DNA from: a virus
Reading direction: 5' to 3' (one strand)
Virus record (IMG/VR): IMGVR_UViG_3300046373_000136
Coordinates: 1-64,000 of that record
Length of the DNA: 64,000 nucleotides
Part shown: in pieces, positions 56,748-64,000 of the stretch
How the letters are laid out: every line of letters begins with the position of its first letter
Position numbering within the stretch: the stretch's first letter is position 1
The notes under the pieces: model-generated
Told to the model about the DNA's origin: nothing
Database searches by the model: none
Seen by the model: the letters and a program-made list of their open reading frames with translations, nothing else
Position numbers and translations under genes: made by a program

Positions 56748-57338
56748 TTAATCGTCAGTTGCACGGGACAGTGCTTGGCGCTGGGCCAGTTCAGCAATTT
56801 CAGCCTTGGTCAGTGGGGGCAGGACTTCGATACCGAATTCCTTGATGAGCTTGGCCTTGCGTACCTTGTTGCCGCGTTCGTCCTTCTTCGTGATGAAGAC
56901 TTGGCATTCACGGGCACGGAGCTGGTTGAGCAGGATTTGTGGTACGTGGTAGCCATCGTCGCCGGTATTGAACGGGACATACTTGGTCACGGAACCAATG
57001 AGGGAATTACCTACGGTGAAGATTTCGCCTTCCCATTCCTTCTTGGCCGGGTTGAGGCAGGAGACACGGATACGCACCAGGGCCAGGGCTTCATCTTTGA
57101 TGCGCCGGCGCTTCTGAGCGATGGTTTCTTCAACTGCTTCCTTGGGCTGAGCATTGTCATCGTCTGCTTCCGTGGTGTCATGCTTGACACCAGCCAGCCG
57201 ATCATTCACCTTGGTCTTCAGCGATTCCAGCTTGATGTTGGGGTGGTACTTGATGCCAAGTACGTCAGCACGCTGTTTCAGGTTTTCGAGTTCGTCTTCG
57301 ACTAATTCAACGGTGTCATCGTTTTCGATTATGGACAT
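56748..57338 (-). CDS. conserved N4 gp55-like protein
   Basis: LKQRADVLGIKYHPNI...RIRVSCLNPAKKEWEGEI...EVLPPLT; directly downstream of the capsid gene. Confidence 0.8.
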   Translation of the reverse strand: MSIIENDDTVELVEDELENLKQRADVLGIKYHPNIKLESLKTKVNDRLAGVKHDTTEADDDNAQPKEAVEETIAQKRRRIKDEALALVRIRVSCLNPAKKEWEGEIFTVGNSLIGSVTKYVPFNTGDDGYHVPQILLNQLRARECQVFITKKDERGNKVRKAKLIKEFGIEVLPPLTKAEIAELAQRQALSRATDD

Positions 57339-57368
57339 TGCGTATTCTCTTTGGGTTGGATAAGGAAC

Positions 57369-57398
57369 GGGGAGTTGGTCCGTAGGACCACACTCCCC
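57369..57398 (-). terminator. hairpin after major capsid gene
   Basis: GGGGAGT..TGGTCC-GTA-GGACCA..ACTCCCC. Confidence 0.65.
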
Positions 57399-57406
57399 TG
57401 GCCTAA

Positions 57407-58573
57407 TTACAGGCGTGCGACGGTCTTGATCAGGGCGATACGCTCAGGGCGCAGAGCCATGAAGCCGTAGTACCACTTGATCGACATGAAGCCGGTTTCA
57501 CCGTATGGGTCCAGACGGTCAGCCGTTTCACGACCAGGCTTCTTGTGGGTGATGGTGAACTTCACCGTCTTGCCATCGGTTTGGAAGCCGATGGTGGTGA
57601 ACGATTCGTCACCGACAACCAGCATCGGGAAGATGTCGAACTTGTTGGCGGTCTCGTAGTTCGCGCTGTCGGCCGAAGCGTCAGCACCGGCACCAGCCCA
57701 CTTCATCATTTCCGGCACAACGACCAGACGGAACTTGCCGACCGTGCCTTCTTCGCCACGCAGCGGCTCACCACCGGCTACATAGTGTTGAACGGGGATG
57801 AAGGCTGCATTGTCATGCAGGTCTTTCATGCGTTCGAAGGTTGGGAGCAGTTCGCTGCCGATGTACATCACGCGGCAAGCCGGGATGGTCTTGGTGTCCA
57901 CCATGCGCGAACCGGTGATGACCTTGGTGTGTTTCGGCGTACGGTTCTGATCCAGATCGATCGACAGATGCATCAGATCGCTGTAGGTGACCAGATCGTC
58001 GGCACCCATGGTGACGTTCGAGGTTGCGTTACCCGCAAACTTGATGATGCCAGCACTGTTGATCAGATCGATTTGCAGGCAGTCTTCGGTGATCTCGTTC
58101 GCGCCACGCAGCATTTCGCGGTTGACGTGCATTTCCAGCTCGGCATCCGAATCGAAGTCCAGGGATTCCTGGGTGTATTCATCGAAGAAACCGAACTTCT
58201 CGAAGGTGCCTTCGAGTTCGACGCGCTTGAAGCCGACACGGTTCACACGACCACCGGTCTCGGACAGCACTGGCAGCTTGCCGGAAATGGTGCCGATGTC
58301 TTTGCTCGAACCGTACAGGTTGCCGTTGGCGATAGTCACGCCGGCTGCATTGATACCCTGGTCATTGATGTTGCGATCGTCCAGCAGGGGCAGGTAGTGG
58401 TAACGCTTGATCTTCTTGCCCATGTTCTTTGGCATGGAAGTCACGTCAGCCAGTTGGCCGAAGTACTGTTCCTTCGCCAGCTCGATGAGAGCTTTCTTGA
58501 TGAAAAAGTGCGGGTTGAGCTGGGTTGCACCGATGGTCGATGGGACCGTTTCGGGAGCGTTATATTGGCGCAT
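57407..58573 (-). CDS. major capsid protein (N4 gp56-like)
   Basis: KKALIE...YFGQLA...[27 protein letters not shown]...[16 protein letters not shown]. Confidence 0.95.
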   Translation of the reverse strand: MRQYNAPETVPSTIGATQLNPHFFIKKALIELAKEQYFGQLADVTSMPKNMGKKIKRYHYLPLLDDRNINDQGINAAGVTIANGNLYGSSKDIGTISGKLPVLSETGGRVNRVGFKRVELEGTFEKFGFFDEYTQESLDFDSDAELEMHVNREMLRGANEITEDCLQIDLINSAGIIKFAGNATSNVTMGADDLVTYSDLMHLSIDLDQNRTPKHTKVITGSRMVDTKTIPACRVMYIGSELLPTFERMKDLHDNAAFIPVQHYVAGGEPLRGEEGTVGKFRLVVVPEMMKWAGAGADASADSANYETANKFDIFPMLVVGDESFTTIGFQTDGKTVKFTITHKKPGRETADRLDPYGETGFMSIKWYYGFMALRPERIALIKTVARL

Positions 58574-58607
58574 GATGTGCTTTCAAAAGTAGGGGCAGGA
58601 TATGTGT

Positions 58608-59843
58608 TCAAATGCCCAGCTTGGCGAAGTCAGCATCGGACATGTTCAGGGGATCGAAATCCTTGCCTGGTCCGGTCTTGCTGTTGTTCGTCACGACTGG
58701 ACGGTTGGAGCTTGCAGCTCGCCTTTTTGCATTCAACGTGTCGTCATTGGCCTTCGGAGATTTTGGTGGCTCGACTACCTTCGGCGCAGCAGGGATTTCC
58801 TTCTTCTCCTGGGTGCTACCCTGGAACAGATGGTTGAATCCACCGCGCTCTTGTATCGCGTCACCAATTTGCTTGTAGGCTTTCAACATCGGCACATTCT
58901 TCAAGCGACCCAGAGTGACCTCGTTCTGGAGTTCGGCCATGATCACGCCATAGACACCACTGTTCATGTGGCTGTCCAGGACGCGCAGGATGCCTGGCTC
59001 CTTCTGGATTTCACTCTTGCTTGCATGGTCCAACTCTTTAGTGACGAGAGTGATCAGCTCTCCTACTTTCGGGGAATCTTTGAGGTCTTCCATGACCTCA
59101 TCCAAATCCATTTCGGCGTCACTAACGTCGTAGGTTGCCTGCTTGTATTCGCCTGCTTTTTCAGCATCCAGATCCATGGGATCGATGCCGCTTTCTTTGA
59201 TCAGCTTGTTGACTGCACCGGGGGCATTGCCCATTAGGTCAATCATGTAGCTAATCTTTTCCTGGCTGAGCAGACCGGCTGATTCCAGGGTCTTCAACAG
59301 CTTCAGATTCGGTTTCAGTGCTTGCATCTTCTTGCTGTAGTTCGCACCCATTTGCATCAGGGCTTTGGCGTCATCTACAGACTTGACCGTGAAGTCACGG
59401 CCATTGGCTTTGAAGGGTGCCAGCAGTTTTTCGTATTCAACTTTGTAATCGATGACGGGTTCAGTTCCAGCAGGCTTGGCTTCTTCCTTGCCAGCCTTGT
59501 CATCGGTTACAGCGGGAGAGGTTGTTTTCTCTGTTCCCGTTTTCTGTTCTTTGCCTTCGGGCGACTTCCCAGTCGCTGTGCCAGCGCCCGGTTCGTCGGC
59601 CTCGGCCAGTGGATTCGTGGTATCGGTGGAAGCTGGGTCACCTTTGGCAGCAGCGGGATCGGCTGCTTCATCAGGGTCAGTACCCGTTGCAGCATCATTG
59701 TCACCGTCATTTTGATCATCGGTAGCATCGTGTTGGCTTTCATCTTCCACTTCGGCAACTTGGGCTACGGCCGGTGCATCGGTAGGCATCGGGGCATTCA
59801 GGAAGTCCTCATCGGACATTTCCAGGGCGTCGAGATCAGCCAT
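58608..59843 (-). CDS. N4 gp57-like protein (scaffold-like; often annotated tape measure)
   Basis: Acidic N-terminus, PFKANG...LMQMGANY, ends PLNMSDADF. Confidence 0.85.
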   Translation of the reverse strand: MADLDALEMSDEDFLNAPMPTDAPAVAQVAEVEDESQHDATDDQNDGDNDAATGTDPDEAADPAAAKGDPASTDTTNPLAEADEPGAGTATGKSPEGKEQKTGTEKTTSPAVTDDKAGKEEAKPAGTEPVIDYKVEYEKLLAPFKANGRDFTVKSVDDAKALMQMGANYSKKMQALKPNLKLLKTLESAGLLSQEKISYMIDLMGNAPGAVNKLIKESGIDPMDLDAEKAGEYKQATYDVSDAEMDLDEVMEDLKDSPKVGELITLVTKELDHASKSEIQKEPGILRVLDSHMNSGVYGVIMAELQNEVTLGRLKNVPMLKAYKQIGDAIQERGGFNHLFQGSTQEKKEIPAAPKVVEPPKSPKANDDTLNAKRRAASSNRPVVTNNSKTGPGKDFDPLNMSDADFAKLGI

Positions 59844-60211
59844 TATTCAGCTCCCTTGTCTTCGAGTGCTTCAGCATTGATGGCATCCAGAGTTTCTTCA
59901 TCGTCAGAGATGGAATCGGAAGCAATCTCAGCGTTACTTTCGATGAGTCGGAAATATCGTTGCAGGGAACCGATTGCGTCGATGTCACGGATGATGGAGG
60001 CTTGACGCTCAGGCGTCTGCATATCCGGGTCTCCCTTGACACTGACCAGACGGACAGCTTCGGTTTGAAAGAAGCCTTCCATCACAACCTTCTTGAAGTC
60101 CTTGTTGTTCTTCAGGCGTTCAAGAGCGTTGTTCAGTGCTACTTGGGCTTTCTTGCCCTCAATCTGGCGTTCGAGTTGTGCTATTTGCAGGTTAGACATG
60201 GGTTCTATCAT
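59843..60211 (-). CDS. conserved N4 gp58-like protein
   Basis: ALERLKNNKDFKKVVMEGFF..EAVRLV; TAATG coupling. Confidence 0.8.
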   Translation of the reverse strand: MIEPMSNLQIAQLERQIEGKKAQVALNNALERLKNNKDFKKVVMEGFFQTEAVRLVSVKGDPDMQTPERQASIIRDIDAIGSLQRYFRLIESNAEIASDSISDDEETLDAINAEALEDKGAE

Positions 60212-60265
60212 TGCTTCTACGAGTTAATAGGGGTGTTGACGGAGGCCAACACCCGGACTATACAA

Positions 60266-62602
60266 CTACTTCTTGCTAGGTTTCAACTTATATTGGTGAA
60301 TTAGCTTGAATTTGTCCTGTTCGACCTTGTTGATGTGGTCCACAGTCTTCTCTTGCATCTTCATCTGATGATCAGCTACACGCATCTGCGTGTTGCTCCT
60401 AGCCTGCTCTCCGATCTTCTGGATATCGCGTTCCTGCTTGGTGCCCGACTCCTGTTCCACGAAGTCCAGGTTCTTGATATCGGTATCCGATGCCAGGTTG
60501 GCAGCCTTGGCCTGCTCTGTACCGATCTTGGCTTGGTTCAGTTGGGCAGTAGCTTGGAAGCCCACAGTTCGACCCTGAATCTCCGCGATTTCTGCTTGGA
60601 GTTTCTGCATTTGCAACTGCGCAATTTGTTGCTGCATGGGATCAGGTGGTGGTGGTTGATACGTCTTGAGCTTGTGTTCTAGCTCGGGCATCTTTGACAG
60701 CCGTGCAATCTCCATCAGGATGATCTTGGTAAAGTCTGGTGCTGCACTCGGTCCCAGGGTTTGCAGCATGAAGGCCAGCCGCTCAGACTTCTTCTCGTCT
60801 TCCTCGGCCGTAGTGATGCCCAGCTTCAGATCGAAGCTACCAGGCAGATCGTCACGTTTGACGGTAACGAACTCGTCATTGGTAACCCGGATGACTTCTT
60901 CATCCGATAGCATCTCGGCGTTCATGGCAATGAAGCGCCGGCCGACTGCCACGATGCCTTCCTTCATTCGACGCAGGATGGACAGCTCACGCTTGGAAGC
61001 TGCATCCAGTGCACCACGGATACCAGCAGCGACATCACCCAGACTGGACCCAGACACACCTTGGCTGAAGGACTTCACACCGGTCAGCGACTCGGCTTCG
61101 AAGTTCTGCAATTGCAACATGTACTGGGCCGACTGTGGAATCTCGGGATAGGTGTGGTGAAACACACCTTGCCGTGGATCAACACCACCGTTGAAGAAGT
61201 AGTCTTCGCCACGTTGGAAGCGCCGCTTGTTAGTTTCGTCCAGCATGTCCTTGCGCATACCGGTCTGACCGGCAGCAGAGCGACCCATCGAGTCGATGAG
61301 ACCACGCATGACTGCACCCGATACCAACTGGTTGTCTTCGAGCAGAGCAGCATCCGGTTCACCGGTGTTCTCATCGTCACCGGGCATGTACTGCACGATC
61401 TCGAAGGGCAGGGAGCCATCAGCGAAGGGAAGTTCTTCCATCCGGATGCAGGTGAGTCCTACCCATGCCACGATGATCGGCTTGACGATACCGGTGCCGT
61501 CGATGTCCCACATGCCGTAGTACTCATGCACGACGATGATCTTGCGGGGATCATCCAGGAATTGAAACCCGGAGTAGCCACCAGCCGGATCATGGTCAGC
61601 CTGAGACAGTGGAGCATTCTCGTTGAGCTGTATCTTGTTCAGGTTCTTGTAGCTGCCATGGCTTTTCAATTTGGACAGGTTCGAGTCGTAGGACGTGACA
61701 ACGAACTGGGCCTTCTTGATGTCGCCCATGGCAGTCGGATCAACTACCGTGTTGCGGAATTTGCACACTTCTACAGTTGGATGGTTCCGGACCACCTTGG
61801 TGACTTCGACTTCTTCCATCTCACCGGTAGACTCGGGTCGAATGGGTACACCCCCATCAATCGTCATTTGGTGAGCGATCTTGAGTTCTTCTTCGACCGC
61901 TTGCCAGTCAGAAGGGGATTCCTCCTTCATCTGCGCCAGTTGCTCATGCATTGGCGCATATTCTGGGTCTTCCAGATATCGAATCTTCGGGCGCTTTTCC
62001 TTGACCTTCTTTTCCTCATAGCACCAGCCGGTCTTAAGGATTGCCGTGCCCTGGTTCACCAGTGTTCGGACGAACTTGTCGATGAACCGTACCCGGTCGA
62101 TCTTGGTGTTGAACTGGTTGTTCAGCAGCAACTCATTCTGGACTGCGGCCGGACCATCTTCCCAGGTTACCGGGGAGACCTTAAACAGATCAGGCATCGA
62201 CAGGAATGGTTCAGACAGAGCGGGATAACGCCACTCTGCCTGCTTGCGAATCAACTTCGGCTGGATCGATGAGCGACCTTCCACCTTTTTCGGTTTGGCC
62301 TTCCCGGTCACCTTCAGGTTTTCCAGGTAGACCTCAACCTTCTGAACTTCCGTGTTGTGGGAAGGTAGTGCGTCCTGATAGTTCTGTTGCAGGTCGCGTA
62401 GTTCCGGTGGATTTTTCCAGTCCACCATCTTAGATTCATCGTTGTCCGGATCATCAACGTCATCGTCGTCATCAACGCCGTTGACCTCATCATTATCGGT
62501 ATCGTTGTGCCGATCTTTGGTGATGGTTTCGTCTTGATCTTCGTCGTAAGTAGATTTTTTCATTGCTGGCGCTGCTCCGTTTGTATTATCCGCTAGAATC
62601 AT
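60266..62602 (-). CDS. portal protein (N4 gp59-like)
   Basis: W.NPP.L.DL, IRKQAEWRYPALSEPFL, EAESLTGVKSFSQG, ALDAASKRE..ILRR, LDFVEQESG. Confidence 0.95.
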   Translation of the reverse strand: MILADNTNGAAPAMKKSTYDEDQDETITKDRHNDTDNDEVNGVDDDDDVDDPDNDESKMVDWKNPPELRDLQQNYQDALPSHNTEVQKVEVYLENLKVTGKAKPKKVEGRSSIQPKLIRKQAEWRYPALSEPFLSMPDLFKVSPVTWEDGPAAVQNELLLNNQFNTKIDRVRFIDKFVRTLVNQGTAILKTGWCYEEKKVKEKRPKIRYLEDPEYAPMHEQLAQMKEESPSDWQAVEEELKIAHQMTIDGGVPIRPESTGEMEEVEVTKVVRNHPTVEVCKFRNTVVDPTAMGDIKKAQFVVTSYDSNLSKLKSHGSYKNLNKIQLNENAPLSQADHDPAGGYSGFQFLDDPRKIIVVHEYYGMWDIDGTGIVKPIIVAWVGLTCIRMEELPFADGSLPFEIVQYMPGDDENTGEPDAALLEDNQLVSGAVMRGLIDSMGRSAAGQTGMRKDMLDETNKRRFQRGEDYFFNGGVDPRQGVFHHTYPEIPQSAQYMLQLQNFEAESLTGVKSFSQGVSGSSLGDVAAGIRGALDAASKRELSILRRMKEGIVAVGRRFIAMNAEMLSDEEVIRVTNDEFVTVKRDDLPGSFDLKLGITTAEEDEKKSERLAFMLQTLGPSAAPDFTKIILMEIARLSKMPELEHKLKTYQPPPPDPMQQQIAQLQMQKLQAEIAEIQGRTVGFQATAQLNQAKIGTEQAKAANLASDTDIKNLDFVEQESGTKQERDIQKIGEQARSNTQMRVADHQMKMQEKTVDHINKVEQDKFKLIHQYKLKPSKK

Positions 62603-62635
62603 TTCCCTTAATCATTATCCACGAAAGAAACAAAA

Positions 62636-63058
62636 ATGCACATCGTTAAGATTAATCCGTCCGTCATCACCCCAGTTCGAGGTACTGAGTTCTCTGCTGG
62701 CTACGACATCTTCATGCCCGAAGACGGCATTGCTTACGCGAACCAAGAGACCAAGGTGAGCCTCGGGTTCAAGCTCGCCATACCAACTGGATCGGTGGCA
62801 CTTATCCTTCCGCGCTCGGGTATGGGTGTGAAGTACGGCCTTGAACTGAATAACACCTGTGGTGTGATCGATTCGGATTACCGGGGTGAGTGGATGTGCA
62901 GCCTGAAGCTCAAGCGCATTGAAGAACTGCGCTGGTCTAAGGGTGATCGGCTACTGCAATTCGTCGTGGTGCCTTGCCTACGTACCGAAATCACCGAAGT
63001 AGATGAGCTGCCTTTGACGGCACGCGGTGAAGGTGGCTGGGGTTCGACAGGGAAATAA
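62636..63058 (+). CDS. dut: trimeric dUTPase
   Basis: SAGYDI, PRSG, GVIDSDYRGE, GDRLLQ, RGEGGWGSTG. Confidence 0.95.
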   Translation: MHIVKINPSVITPVRGTEFSAGYDIFMPEDGIAYANQETKVSLGFKLAIPTGSVALILPRSGMGVKYGLELNNTCGVIDSDYRGEWMCSLKLKRIEELRWSKGDRLLQFVVVPCLRTEITEVDELPLTARGEGGWGSTGK

Positions 63059-63103
63059 GGTACAGTGTTATTTCTTTAACCAAACTTTACTCGAAAGAAA
63101 ATC

Positions 63104-63433
63104 ATGGACAAAGTTACTGCACCTGAAGCCGAAAGCAAGGAAGTCAAAGTTCTGAAAGCTGACACCAAGGAAGTCGCAGTCCTCACCGATGGCAAGCGCG
63201 AAAACACCCTGAATGAACTGCGCGAAGCCGGCCACATTTCCCCGAATGACCGCCGTATTGCCCTGGCTGCAAAGGGTGGACCGGATGGCAAGGATATCGT
63301 GAACCTGCCAGTGGTGCCCATTACCAAGGACACCGAGAAAGAAGCGGAAGTTGTGGACGCAGTGAAGAAGGAAGACGCTGAAGCCGAGTCCGAGAAGGAA
63401 CCGGTCGTCAAGAAGCGTGTTGCTACGAAGTAA
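63104..63433 (+). CDS. hypothetical charged protein
   Basis: 109 aa, K/E-rich. Confidence 0.6.
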   Translation: MDKVTAPEAESKEVKVLKADTKEVAVLTDGKRENTLNELREAGHISPNDRRIALAAKGGPDGKDIVNLPVVPITKDTEKEAEVVDAVKKEDAEAESEKEPVVKKRVATK

Positions 63434-63447
63434 TCTCTGCACACCAC

Positions 63448-63476
63448 GAAAAATGGGGGCGAAGCCCCCATTTTTC
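63448..63476. terminator. bidirectional intrinsic terminator
   Basis: GAAAAATGGGGGC-GAA-GCCCCCATTTTTC between converging genes. Confidence 0.85.
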
Positions 63477-63495
63477 TTAGGTGCAATGTTGTAAA

Positions 63496-64000
63496 TTAAA
63501 CAAAACCCCTCGCATTAAATTTGGTCTGGTCATCGGTCTGATCGATGTACATACCCTGCTCTGTCAAGTCCTGGCATTCTTTCAAGAATTTCCCGTAGTA
63601 AATGTTGCCAGCGTTGAATTCCTGGCCCATGCCGATGGGATTCATGACACGGGATGCAATGAAATACAGGAGTGCCTGACGATGGGTCTCCGGCAAGTCA
63701 ATCTCCACCCGATTCGCGTCAAACTGCCCTGCTCCCGGCTGTATCCGGGGATGCCCCTGCCGGTAGTGGACGAATACCCGGTCTGTGGCCATGAAATGTG
63801 GCACATCCGTATGGCCATCCACGATTCGACGCGGGACTTCCAGCACATTCGCCTTGGGCGTCATGAAGGACCAGGGATTACCGATCTTGTTGAGCGGCAA
63901 TTCGTAGTCTTTCGTTGTCTCTACCCGCGTGATGAGCAGGATATCGTCCTGGAACTCAGCATACGGCTGGTCCCGGATGTATTCCGGGTCAGCATTCTCC
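63496..64000 (-). CDS. head-tail adaptor-like protein (N4 gp67-like), 5' end beyond the window
   Basis: IDLPETHRQALLYFIASRV...Y..KF..EC..L...G...KFNARGFV; frame runs to the window edge. Confidence 0.75.
   Translation of the reverse strand, partial: ENADPEYIRDQPYAEFQDDILLITRVETTKDYELPLNKIGNPWSFMTPKANVLEVPRRIVDGHTDVPHFMATDRVFVHYRQGHPRIQPGAGQFDANRVEIDLPETHRQALLYFIASRVMNPIGMGQEFNAGNIYYGKFLKECQDLTEQGMYIDQTDDQTKFNARGFV

Noticed and set aside
57545-58837. Long antisense ORFs opposite major genes (also 41455-43029, 43924-45477, 46054-47493, 61061-62272, 35287-36396)
   Set aside because: Shadow frames from biased codon usage of the real genes; no recognisable motifs.

Overview
This 64 kb window is an internal slice of an N4-like podophage genome (Schitoviridae). 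The diagnostic genes are a 3,482-aa virion RNA polymerase in which I saw no Cys, an N4-type family-A DNA polymerase, primase, a Sak4-like ATPase, SSB, and the N4-order late block (vRNAP, internal virion proteins, major capsid, portal). Layout: (1) 1-13858, + strand: VWA protein, helicase, DNA polymerase, then a dense accessory array including a SpoT-type HD hydrolase, HNH, lipoprotein, cupin-like protein and a gene flanked by Xer/dif-like arms. (2) 13855-26430, - strand: a late block with holin, M15 endolysin and a signal-peptide HNH, four large tail/adhesin genes, embedded Rz/Rz1 spanins and a TraR/DksA-like gene. (3) 26562-39693, + strand: thyX, class II RNR, nuclease, primase, ParB-like protein, Sak4, SSB, a coupled cluster of probable nucleotide-signal sponges (Gp49/Acb4-like, DUF2829/Tad2-like, small helical protein) and RuvC. 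(4) 39754-62602, - strand: structural genes. (5) dUTPase and a partial head-tail gene. Best leads: a probable programmed slippage site (internal SD + A9 + immediate stops in both shifted frames) that would make the muramidase and staphylococcal-nuclease domains optional on a virion protein; the sponge operon with a structured, possibly switching leader; a Xer/dif-arm-flanked gene cassette; a pseudoknot/terminator leader on nrdJ; and N4-type hairpin promoter cores in mid-genome. All family calls come from motif recognition by eye; no database searches were run. No tRNA, rRNA or CRISPR array was seen.
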